Assembly (NCBI GenBank): GCA_900088475.1
Contig: FLMG01000670.1
Coordinates: 1-44,480 of the forward strand
DNA length: 44,480 bases
Source: Hyphochytrium catenoides
Taxonomy: Eukaryota > Protista > Hyphochytriomycota
Direction of reading: 5' to 3'
Shown here: positions 25,543 to 37,268 of the stretch, piece after piece
Layout of the letters: every line of letters starts with the position of its first letter
How positions within the stretch are numbered: the first letter of the stretch is position 1
Position numbers and translations under genes: made by a program
The notes under the pieces: generated by a model
Seen by the model: the letters and a program-made list of their open reading frames with translations, nothing else
The model's database searches: none
What the model was told of the DNA's origin: nothing

Positions 25543-28500
25543 ATGAAGAGATTCAATAAGAAATCCGGACCATGCCTCATACCCGTGGAGGTGGCGGTGA
25601 GGCTTTTGGGCATCGGCCGTTTCCGTATGTTGGAGCGTGCTTTTCACCGAGCTCGCGGTTATGGCCCTATGTCCGAAGAGGTTTTTCAGAAGGTTATCTT
25701 TGGAGAGCTCTTCCCTAATTTTCCTAACCCAATCTCCTCGCGATTGTTCAATGTCTTTGATGTCAATCACTGCGGCGAGCTTACGGCTCAGCAGTTCGTG
25801 ACCGCTATAGCGCTTATCACGAAAGGCAGCCTGGAAGAGCAAATCAATGTGCTATGTCTCTTCTACGACCGGCTGGGAGTAGGACTCATCTTCAAGGAAG
25901 ATATTTATTATTACCTTCAAAAAATTGATGACGGTAATGGGCTTAGAGGGGGTGGTATGGACTTCAGAGCTGCGCGGTCTGCAGTTGACGATCTCTTCCT
26001 TCAGAAAGGGAAAACAAGCCTGACACGAGGTAGGGGCGAAAACGCGTTAAGCAGTCCATTCAGTTATAACGCCTCACGCATTGGTATCTAGCAGAAAGAG
26101 CTGGGAAGAAGATTCCATCTGGGTTGAACGGACTTGTGACCAAGGACCATATCACATATGAGGATTTCTCTTCTTGGGCGATACCTAATTTGCATAATCC
26201 CCTGTGCTTGTGGCTCTCAGTGGTACAGCTAGCCTTTGACAGGCTTAAATTTGACGACGACTTTGGGAAAGAGCCGAATGAGAATCTGGTCAGAGCGGGC
26301 CTTCCTACAGAGAGTATGATGTCAACCATGAGCCCCATGTTCAACGGCTGGGGACGAGATTTGGATATGCAGGAGCATGATGTTGACCCTGTCAATGAGT
26401 TGCCTTTCTCTGTGTCATTTGCGGATATGCTGGGCCTCCGAAGCTCAATGGAGTACTTCACCTCGAAGATATTATCCATTATGGATATCAAGACCGTCAC
26501 CAGTCTGTGGCAAATCAGCTTCAGCTCTGCAAATGAGCTTAATGTCCTTTATCATGCGATCCAGAGCGTCATTCGCTGGAATCAAGGCAGCCATCTGGTA
26601 GACTTAGAAATGATAGAGTATGGCGTCGTCGGCAGACTCAGCACGGGAATCCCTAGGTAAGTGCAAATATCTTTCTAGCAAGGGTATCTGAGACTAGGTA
26701 TTCGCTGTTTGTGTTGAGCTAACAGCTCGATCTCCGTAGCCTTATGACAGCCGGTGTTTGCACGAGTATGTTGTCTGGCTTGTTTCTATCGCTGTACAGA
26801 GCAGCTTGTTGGTCATTTTTGTTTCAGGATGGTACTAGCTGCCACTGATTGTAGTTGACTCTTTTTACAGACCTCTGTTAGAGCGCATATTCCAAGCCCT
26901 GCAATCACCGATATCTCCATCGGGATGCATTGACATCTTCCATTTTGGTATAGGACTGGGTTGGTATTGCTCTCAGAACGTTGAGTACTGCCTAGAGCTT
27001 TGCTTCCACCTCTATGATACCGACAATGACCAACTTCTAACACCTGAGGAAGTTAGGGCAGTTTTGGCGGAGTCGTACTGGACGGTACAAGCTTTATCCA
27101 TTACCTCTCGTTTACCCTCTATACCAAGTCTCAGGCGGAAGCTTTCAAACTCCTATTCTAGGGCTTCCATCGCGCGCCAAGCCTTTCTAAAGGGTGGAGA
27201 TTTTGGAGATTCTTTGCAGCCTCGGATGGGCTCACCGCTTCTCTCAGATCAATCTCCCTCATCATCTCCTTCAGTACAATCACCAAAGACCTGCGACTTC
27301 CCTTACTGTTTCCTGGATAAAGAGCTGCTTCCAAGGATCGACGCTCTCATCCAAAAGATAGAAAAGTTTAGCGTGATTCAATGGCCCTCGAGACCCGCTA
27401 GAGATGATCGTAACACCGATCCGCATCTTATTGGTCTGAAAGCGTATAAGCGGTGGCTGCGAGAAGAGTCGGAGGCAAGTACACTGCTTAGGGAAATACA
27501 GGACCTGACCGCCAAAGACCTTTTTGAGCGACCCGCTTCTTTCCGTGACGAAAGTGCTATAATCAAGAGTATCTGGGAGCCTTTTAACCCCCAGCAGCCG
27601 GGTAGTCCTGGAACTGAGTGGTGCCTACTATCATCAAGGTGGTGGAATGACTTCTGCGAAGCCGTCGGTCTACCGAGGATTGACCTGGAGGCTCAAGATG
27701 CAGTTGTCATGCACGAAAGAGAGAGCAAGGTCATGTTTGAATCTGCTGACACTTCTCAACCATTTGATACGAATGCTGTGGAAGTGAAGTTGACAAAGAA
27801 TAAGAACATAGGACTGAGTCCCATCGATAACTCCAATCTCTTGGTGCTCGGGTCTACAGGCAAACTGAGAGCCAATCTTCACTTCCTGTATGACTATATT
27901 CTTGTCAGCTACAGAGTGTGGACCGTTCTTAAGCATTGGTATGGTGCGAGCATTGAACTTTGCCGCAGCGTGGTTGACTTTGGTGACGGCAGGTATCAGC
28001 TTGAACTCTACCCCATAACTGTGCATTTTTATCTGGACAAAGGAGCTGACAAGTCAGATACATCCACTCCGATTGCTAGCAGAGAATACAGCAGGACCCT
28101 CAGAGTCGGCGAGCTGGAGCAAAGGGCCATAGAGCTGCTATATTCTAAGAGCGTAGGTCAAAAGGTAGTTGTTGCGGAAGTAATTGGCAAGTCCTGCATA
28201 CCAGGCGCCGCTCAGGGCCCTCGCAAAATGGTCCGACTTTGGATTTCATCAGATGACGATCCCTGTTGGCAACCTCTAAAGGCGGAAGACCCGGAGGCTT
28301 CGTTGGGCTCGCTACAGCTAGTTGACGGGCATAAGGTCCTGATAGAGTGCAGGGACAGTAATGGAGAATTTCCGAGAGACAGTCTTGCCTCCGATAGAGC
28401 CATCAGCAGGCACGTCCGGGAGAAGCGCCTCTCAGGCCTTGTCGGGCTGTACAACCTTGGTAACACCTGCTATTTGAACAGTGCTATACAGTGCCTGGCT

Positions 28501-31418
28501 CACGCTCCACTCTTCGCGGAGTACCTCACTACGGGCGAATACCTATTTGACATCAACCCCAGGAACCCCATGGGGTCAGGCGGCGCTTTGGCCACTGCCT
28601 ATGGAGCGCTCATTTCTGCTATGTGGAAGGAGGATGGCCAGCCTCGACTGGCGCCAAGAAACCTCAAGGAGGTAGTGTCAACATTAAACAGTCAATTCGA
28701 CGGACTATATCAACAAGATGCCCAGGAGCTTTTATCTCTCCTACTGGCTACGCTAAGTGAGGATCTAAACAGAGTGACCAAGAAGCCCTACACAGAGCAA
28801 AAGGACAGTGGAGACAGAGATGACATGACGGTCGCTGAAGAGTGGTGGCGGAATCATTGCATGAGAGAGGCCTCCGTTGTCACAGCGCTTTTCACTGGAC
28901 AATACAAGTCCTTGCTTACCTGCAAAACCTGCAACTTTGCAAGCGCGCGATTCGAGCCGTTTCTCTTTTTGCAACTGTCACTGCCAGAACCGACTACCAT
29001 CAAGGTTCATGTCGACGTCTTTCCCCGTAACAAAGCCGTTGTTAAGAATGCCAAAGTCGCAGCATGTATCCCAACTGGGCATCATAAAATGGTAGTTGAG
29101 GTCCCAATAGCATCTCCAACGGTCATGGAAGTTCTGGGGCAGGTCGCGAAATCACCGTTCTGGACAGAAACGTTGGGCAGGTCTTCGGGACCATCAGTCA
29201 AGGACCTACTGGCTGTCCAGCTTGCTGAGACTTACGTGCACAATACACTATCTCCTGAAAAGCTCCTTCCTATATCCAGACACAACGACAAGCCTTTAGG
29301 GACAGGCAGTTGTCAAGCGAACTGCCTATCAGTATTTGAGCTCGATAAGCAGCCCCTGATCGAGGACGTAGAGACAGATGACTCAGACTCGGATGGCTTC
29401 GAAATGACCCGGTCGCCAGTCGCAGTCCCAGCAGACTCAAAGTTAACCTCTGCGCTACCGTCTCTTTACAGGGTAGGGAGCCTCGTTCTGGCTGAGTACC
29501 AGGGACTAGGCTCTGGGGCTGAGGCATCTTCCCCTCCGCAAAGGGAGAGAATGATGCTTCCTGCTGTGGTCACTGCAGTCAACAATGACCGTACCCTCGC
29601 TTTGGAGTTCGACACTGCAGGCACAGCTTTGGAAGCCAAAGGCAAGCTCTCTACTCAAGGGGTTGACCCGAAGAGAGTTTGTCGAATTATCAATCCTTCC
29701 TGTGCCACAATCTACATAGTCCATCGCAGGCTACAGCTAATGCCTTTCTACTTCGTGAGCCCTTTCAAACCAGTCTGCTTCAGTCTGCCAGGAATTTTAA
29801 GGATCATGACTGTCAGTCTGACTGGAGAAAAGCTCTATGAAATATTGGCAGATGAGATTGAGAGTGTTCTGTCGCTAACAGATGGTGAGAGCTCGCCATT
29901 GGCCAAGAATGCCCTTTCTTGGAAGCAGACAAAGGGAAGAATCTCATCATTATCATCTCAGCATCAGTTCAAACAATGGGGCTTCAGGGTGTGCCGAGTC
30001 AATAGAAATGGGGTCGGCTGTTCTAGCTGCGGATGGGTGGTGGGCTGCCTCGGATGTCCTATTCCTTCCGATGCTTCCAAGATTCTCCTTTCAGACGGAG
30101 AGACAGTGGCCATTGATTGGGGCACAGGTAATAACCGACCACAGATTTCAGTCCCCTCTACCACTTCCTGGCGACAGTCGGCGTTCTCCGTTTTTTCCAT
30201 CACGAGAACCTAGACCTTGTGATGTGAAGTGCTGTCATTCTCTGCGTTCAGCTGTGATACAACCCCGACCTCCATCCTTGACTAGTACCTCGCAAATCAT
30301 TCACCTCTACCTGGCTTATGTGCCCCTGCGTTTTTGCTCCTTTCTTCTTGCCAGACCTGATCAAGTTTTACGACGTGGAAAAACCGATCCAACCCGCTAA
30401 TTTTGAAGTAGGCGAGGCGGAGGTCTTCAAAGCAAAGGACCAGTTACAGGTATGTGCCTGGCCGTTGTAGGAGGTCCACCCATCAAAATCCGTACACTAA
30501 GAAGATCCGATTTATTCTTTTCTTCTACGGCTGCTCAAGGACTGTTTGCGGTCCTTCACAATGAAAGAGACATTGACAGCTATGTGCTCTAGCTGTACGA
30601 AGAAAAAAGGTGGACAAGATCCCTGCACCACGGAGCAAGAAAAGGTCATGAACCTCTGGGCGCTACCCCCACTATTGATCATCCAGCTCAAACGCTTCAA
30701 GTTCACGGGGACGAGAAACTATAAACTTGACAACATCGTCTCCTTTCCTCTCAACGACTTGGACCTCCAAGACTTTCTGTGTCCTTGGCCTATGGCGAGT
30801 CGCAATTCGCAACAGAAGTGCGAAAGGCGAGGGTACTCCACAGATGACCCGGCAGGTAGCGAGATGACCGAGGTGGGAGTAAAAGCGGAAGGCGATGGCT
30901 CACTCTCTTCCTCCAATGGGAATTGCCAAGGTGTTGCCAGTGAGCAACATAGAGAAAACTCTACATCTCCAGTGATTAGCGGGGACATCCTTGATGATGT
31001 GACCAAGTTCCCTCTCCGCTTGTTGAGTAGAGAGCACACAAGGTATGATCTCTTCGGCGTTGTGAACCACAGCGGACAGATCGGCGCAGGGCACTACACG
31101 GCCTATGCGAAGCATTCGTTTTCGGACAACGACAAAGCAGAGAGTGCGAAGTGGTACTGCTTCGACGATTCCAAAGTCTATGAAGTAGGAGAGCACGACA
31201 TTCAAAGCAGTGGGGCCTACCTTCTCTTCTACGTGCGTAAGGATATGAGAGGTAAATCGATCCAGGAGCTGCTGCCGAGGGCGCATGATAGGCCCATAGA
31301 TCTTAGCATCATTCAGCGACCAAAGGCGGCAAGCACGCAAAAGACCCAATCGACGTCGGCAATTGCAAAGACAAGTAACAGTGCCAGCCAGAGTGAGACG
31401 AACTGCTTGGTGATGTGA
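25543..31418 (+). CDS. USP32-like ubiquitin carboxyl-terminal hydrolase (EF-hands, DUSP, UBL-like, USP domain, C-terminal CaaX); 5 exons, about 1760 aa
   Basis: Exons 25543-26029, 26092-26656, 26871-30127, 30355-30449, 30540-31418. EF-hand loops (FDVNHCGELTAQQF, YDTDNDQLLTPEEV), DUSP (WCLLSSRWW...PIDNSNLL...DYILVSYRVW), Cys box GLYNLGNTCYLNSAIQCL, QQDAQE, His box GHYTAYAK, WYCFDDSKV, and end CLVM*. Start chosen by resemblance to the USP32 N-terminus; an upstream exon is not excluded. Confidence 0.92.
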
Positions 31419-31469
31419 ATCCCAAACTGACCCATTGACAATCGGTTCTTAGAGTGTGGGTCACCTTTC

Positions 31470-32509
31470 TCAACCCTCTTCATACAGTTTTGTTGCTGGG
31501 ACCCTACCTGTCACGTGGGTTGAAGTTTGCGTACGAAGTTTTGATAGGGTTCGTTGCTCCTTCCCAGAGCAAAATGTATACGATCGTGCGACCCTGCTTG
31601 CATGAGGCCCTAGAGGAGCTAAATAAGACTCTTCATTAGCAAATTGTACGATGGCAACTCTATCTACAACTTTAGCCAGCACCAAGAAAATCTATCCACT
31701 TATAGGGCCACATACACCTGACTGGATGGCGACGCTGTTCTTTTTGAAAAAACTGTGAAATAGCTTGCAGTGGAGGCTTGCCGGACGCGTCCACATAGGT
31801 AGCCCCATATCCGGGCCCCGTGATCCAGAGCTCTCTAAACAATCTAATCAGTATCGACATCAGTGTCCGACCTTTTAATCTAATAACCTTCTTTTAGAGG
31901 GCGCGGAGGCTGGGTATGGCATAAAATAGTCTCTACCTGCCCCAGTCCGATAAACGAAAGAGTGTCCGAGTTAACTATCAATGGGAGGGAGTCCGAAAGA
32001 CACCGGGGACTCTCCTAGGACCATCTCAACCTTGGTAACTTTTTGTCTTATGTCAATTATTAGAGCTGTTGACTGGGTAGGAGGCGACGCAAGACAGAGC
32101 TGGAAGCAAGTGCACAACAGATAATTGATAAACGAACCAGACCCTAGGATTAGCTTATATTTAGCTCTCTGGTCAGTGGGAACCATTCTGGAAGTCCCTC
32201 AGCAAGCACTTGTTGACCTCGAACCTCGCTACTGGAAAGTACTGATTGTCAGATACCGTAATGGGCTCCCCAACCAAAAGAATCAGTAAAACTCGACAAA
32301 AAGACAACCGTAGCTCCATCTCCTGTATCCTATCCCCAACATCTCAGCAAGATCTCGCGACAGATTGATACAGGTGGTGCCACCGCTCAAATGAAGCTCT
32401 GGAAAGCCAGAATCCTAAGCAGTGAAGAAGGCAACAAAAATCTGCGAACGAGTCTGGCAGAATCTTCAAGATCTTCAGCAAACTCTTTGATCACATTCCT
32501 GACCGACAT
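31470..32509 (-). CDS. Tentative 7-exon gene, about 197 aa, possibly a diverged Elongator subunit ELP6-like protein
   Basis: Hand-built phase-consistent GT-AG chain 32509-32504, 32414-32309, 32241-32218, 32143-32031, 31974-31937, 31834-31718, 31659-31470. Translation includes DLAEMLGIG...YVLSSSEVRGSGSFINYLL...TALIIDIRQKVTKLTRTLFRL...RVAIVQFANEESYL...TSTHVTGRV. Several donors are weak, and the ELP6 resemblance is by eye only. Confidence 0.45.
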
Positions 32510-33057
32510 TGATTGGCTTTTCTATAACCTGAATCTCTTATAGCTTATTCCTGATTCCTGATTTCTGAGCTTTCGCCTTTCGGGCTTTTGAGCTTGAAGG
32601 TTCATACTACACGCTGTCCGACGATAACGACAACAACGAATCAAGATTATTTGCAACAATCATTGCAGATCTTGCGGACCAGCAGGCGGTGAATCTGTCG
32701 TCATTCTCTGCTGGAAGTGTATTGAGAATAGAACATAGGCGGATTATCTTTGGGCATGGCCTTGAGAGGTGGTGGTGGATGGCTACAGCTTCCAGGACCA
32801 TTGTCATCGCCATTGTCGGCTCCAGCAACCGTGTGACCGCGGGCGAAGAACTCTGGGCTTGTCGCTCTTCTGGAGCTTCTTGACTCCTGGCGCTTCGTGT
32901 AAGGGCTCTCTGAGGCCTGCCTAGTGAACCTGCATCCGTACATAGAACCGCCAGAGCCGCTACCTTGGGGCCATTGCGCCTCGGCAACATTCCAAGACTG
33001 GCGAACTAGGTTGGAAGAGTTCTTTGGCATCGCCGCAACCCAACTTGATCTCCAAAA

Positions 33058-36000
33058 ATGGCGTCGGCAAGTGACAAAAATGGCGACAAGAAGTTGCCCA
33101 ACAAGGAGAGCGCTCTCTTCCGGTCAATAGTGGTTAGTAACATGAGTTGAAGGCTATCTTTCATGCTTCTCATTGTTCTATGTTCTCATACAGCGATGTT
33201 ACGAGATGAAGCAATATAAGAAAGGGCTGAAAGCAGCTGATCAGATACTCAGGAAGTTTTCAGAACATGGGGAGACCTTGTCCATGAAAGGACTGATCCT
33301 TAACTGCCTTGATCGAAAACAAGAGGCTTATGACTTAGTCCGAAAAGGACTGCGCAATGATCTTCGCTCGCACGTCTGCTGGCACGTCTATGGCTTGCTT
33401 TATCGTTCTGACGGGTAAGATAACTGTTTACTTCTGACTATGGAGTGTGGATCAGCGTTGGTGATAGAGTCTACATAGCGACTATGCTGAGGCCATTAAG
33501 TGCTACCGGAATGCCCTTCGGATAGATCCTGAGAACATGCAGATTCTTCGTGACATGGCTCTGCTTCAAGTTCAGGTATTTGGCGTCTGCTTTATCGTCT
33601 TCTGTCCTGGATTCTAGGAGCATTTGTTGCTTCTTTCACCGGCCACTTCAACTACAGGGCTAACTAGTGCTTCATCTTTGTCGTCACCTATTTTCCAGAA
33701 ACGTGACCTCAAGGGCTTTACAGAGACAAGACGCCAACAGCTGACTCTAAAGCCAAACAATCGGAACCACTGGATCGGCTTCGCGGTTTCTCATCATCTG
33801 GTTCAAAATTATGACATGGCCATCAACATCCTGGATGCATATATCAACACCTTGGATGCGGACAGAAAGCCCAACTATGATGACAGCGAGATGATGCTGT
33901 ACAAATATCAGATATTGACTGAGTGGGGCCATGTCGAAGAAGCAAAAGAATTTCTAGAGAAAAGCGAGCAATGGATTGTAAGTAAGCATCATACCTGCCT
34001 CTTTGGAGGTGTAGTCACAAGGGGCGGCGAGCCAAAGCGTAACAACTGAGAGAGAAAGGCACTAGACTTTGAGGGAAGAGTACTGGGGGTGACCAGCAGA
34101 GACAGAGTTTTCAAAGGGAAAGGACTAGGAGGCACTTTAAATTTGCAAAGGGCTATGTACCTTAAGTATAGATGGTGGGTGAACAACGTTTCCGAGAAGG
34201 GGAGGAAGATTCGTTGGTCATAGAGCAGCTTGGCGGGATCTTGGCTGACATCGCTTGGTATAGGTTGACCAACAGAGGGTAAGAAAGTTGAAGGCAGATG
34301 TGCTCGCCCACACTGGGGAATTTGACCAGGCCGAGGCAATCTACAGAGAGCTATTGGATGTCAACTCCGAGAACTTTGATCTTCATCGGGGTCTGCAGGT
34401 AGCCACCAATTTGAGATCATTGTTATGGCCAGTCTTTCACAGTGACAGCTCTTCTTCAATAACTCCACTAATACCTCTAAAGATCTGTGTTCAACTCTCA
34501 CGCTTATCTCCATCTGGTTTTCTGTATTTCTCTATGCCAGCTTTCAATATCCTCTCTTGCCACGAACCTGTATGCGTGTGGTCTAACTGTATGCTCTTCC
34601 AGTGCTGCATACTCAAGAATGTGGAGCACATTGATAAGACAGGCGTTGTCCTCCCAGCACAATCCTTAGAACTGGGTGATGACGAGAGAGAACGGCTCAC
34701 AGAGGTTTATCTGGAGCTCCACGAGAAGCACCCCAAGTCATTAGCCTATAATCGCATTCCCTTGCACTTTGTCGGGCTTCAGCACTTTTCAGAGTTATTG
34801 GCGAGCTATATGAAGAAGCAGCTGTCAAGGGGAGTGCCAGCTCTGGGCTCTGAGCTAAAATACTTTTATGGGGATGAAGAAAAGGTGCGAGCTCGTCCTC
34901 AGAACGTTACCCTCGGCTTGGCATACCTATTTTCTCTGTGATGGGGCAGTCTCCTCGATCTTCTTGGAATATTTGACACTTAGCTGAGCCCACTCTCAAT
35001 CATCGAGAATTGGCAGTCCGCCTTAACATGTTATTGGCCTTTCCTAGGTGTCCATCATTCACAACCTCATAGAGGAAATCGAGTCATCACTAACAAGCTC
35101 AGAGACCCTCCCTGGTTCAACAAAGAAGGAGGCTCCGTCCACCTTACTGTGGACGTGGTATCTGGCGGCTCAGCACTTTGACAGGTTGGGCCAACATGAG
35201 AAGGCGCTCGAGTACATTGACCGCTGCATCGACCACACGCCCACATTACTGGACTTCTATCAAAGAAAAGGGAGGATTTTGAAGCATGCAGGGGACATAC
35301 ATGCCGCCGCCACGCTTATGGACTTCGGTCGGCGACTTGACCTGCAAGATCGGTAAGGCCTAGACAGGTGTAGCTGCATTTTTTCAGTCACGAAACATCA
35401 CCGGATAGCAATCGTAGACCTGATGCCTTCTTTCTCCTAACTTTATGGCTTGGCTCCCAACAGTCTCTACGGCTGCTGGCTATTGATCATCTATCAATTG
35501 CTCTTGGACACTTCGGTCCTCGCGTTATTGACTGACTCTTTCTTCTGCTCGCTGTTAGCTATATCAACAACAAAACAACCGAATACCTTCTGCAAGCTGA
35601 TAGGAACGAAGAGGCCGACATCACGATCGCGCTCTTTACGCGGCACGAAGGAGATCCCCAGACAAATCTCTATGAGATGCAGTGCATGTGGTATGAGCTT
35701 GAGAGTGGAAAGAGCTTCTTCAGGCAAAAGATGTATGGGAAAGCGCTCAAGAAGTTCGCCGCAGTAGAGAAGCACTTTCTCACCTTCGTTGAGGATCAGT
35801 TCGACTTCCACTCGTACTGCTTGAGAAAGAGCACGCTTCGATCGTACGTGGACATGATCCGGTTTGCAGATAAAATCTATGGGCATCGCTTTTTTAAAAG
35901 GGCGGCAGAGATGACCATTAGGACGTACTTACATCTCTTTGACCACCCCATCTCCAAAGGAGACAAAGAGGAGGAGAGCCTTAATGGACTCAGCACAGCC

Positions 36001-36861
36001 GAGAGGAAGCTAGCAAAGGCCAAGGCCAGAAAGGAAGCGCTCAAGAAGAAGAAAGAAGCGGAGGCACGCGAACGAGAGGCCCGGGAGAGAGCGGAGAGAG
36101 AAAAGCAAGCAACTGGTAAGGACGGGAAGAGACGGGCGAAGAGGGAAGCTGCTGCAGACCCTGATCCTGACGGGGAGCAACTTCTCTCCAAGGATCCGCT
36201 AGCCGAAGCATGGAGAGTGGTATCTCTGCTTCAGGAATACGCGAAAGATGACCTCACTGTCCACCTCATGGCCTATGACATAGCGTGGAGGAAGAAGAAG
36301 ATCCTCTTATGCCTTCAGGCATTGAAGAGGGCGATGGCAATGGCCCCAAATAATGCTGACGTCATAGAGAGAGTGGTTGAATTCTTTGTGGCAACAGAAG
36401 GCTCGAAAGGGCTGAAGGATGAGGGAGAACTGCACCATGTTGTGGCGCAAGTGCTAGAGGAAGAGAAGAACAATCTCCTGGGGCGTGACAGCATCCAGAA
36501 CTTCCTGAAAAGGGTGCAGAGGCATACCCTGCAAGGCGCCGGAAACGATGCTCACTCACTATACCGGGCAGCCGTCCTTTTGAAAGCAGAAAGCCTGGTC
36601 GGCCCGCTGGACGATAATAGCACGAAGAAGTTCTCTGAGCTCATGCAGAGCAGCTCTGCTGATGTCTTACGGCGCGACCTGAACACGTTTGTGGCTTTAC
36701 ATAAAGAGCTAAGCGGCCTCCCGTCCCTGTCTACATTGGCATCGGAGATATATGAGATGGGGAAGAACATCTTCCCATATGCCAAGCACTTTGGTGGTGC
36801 CTACCCTCTGGATACAAATGCGTTAGAAGGTCTGTCCACAGTAGGGACCATTACAAAGTAA
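33058..36861 (+). CDS. NAA15: N-alpha-acetyltransferase 15/16, NatA auxiliary subunit; 8 exons, about 898 aa
   Basis: Exons 33058-33132, 33194-33414, 33479-33575, 33699-33977, 34264-34398, 34603-34884, 35048-35352, 35559-36861. Motifs [98 protein letters not shown]. Confidence 0.97.
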
Positions 36862-37268
36862 GAGCGTTAGCGTTAGGTAAGAGGGAAGATAAGGAAAGAT
36901 GATCACTGAGCTATTGTGAGGGTACAGTCTCTTCCTCAGTCTGCTTGCATCTCTCTCCCTATTTCTCTCGCAGTTAGGTTGGATACTCATTTATTAGATA
37001 GGGTTAATATGCCAGGGAAGTTTAGGCCCCTGCAATCTACCGGGTAAGGTACCCGGGGGCCCTGACGAAGAAGCTTTAATTGAAAGAGAAAGAGAAGCAG
37101 CATTCTTCTCGCTCCTTGTCCTAGTAGTGCTTGCAAGCGTGTCCCATAAGCATCTCTTAGCCTGATTTCTCGCTTAGGACACGACTTATTGGCCCATTCT
37201 CTTTCTCTCTCCTGCCTCTTCCTGCCTTTAAGTGGACTGGTCTTTACGTCGCGTTAGCCTGATAACCA

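Noticed and set aside
31990-32400. Actin-like fragments (ERWHHLY, ELRL...LLVGEP, TALIIDI) on the minus strand
   Set aside because: They lie in different frames with stops; the phase-consistent 7-exon model explains the region better.
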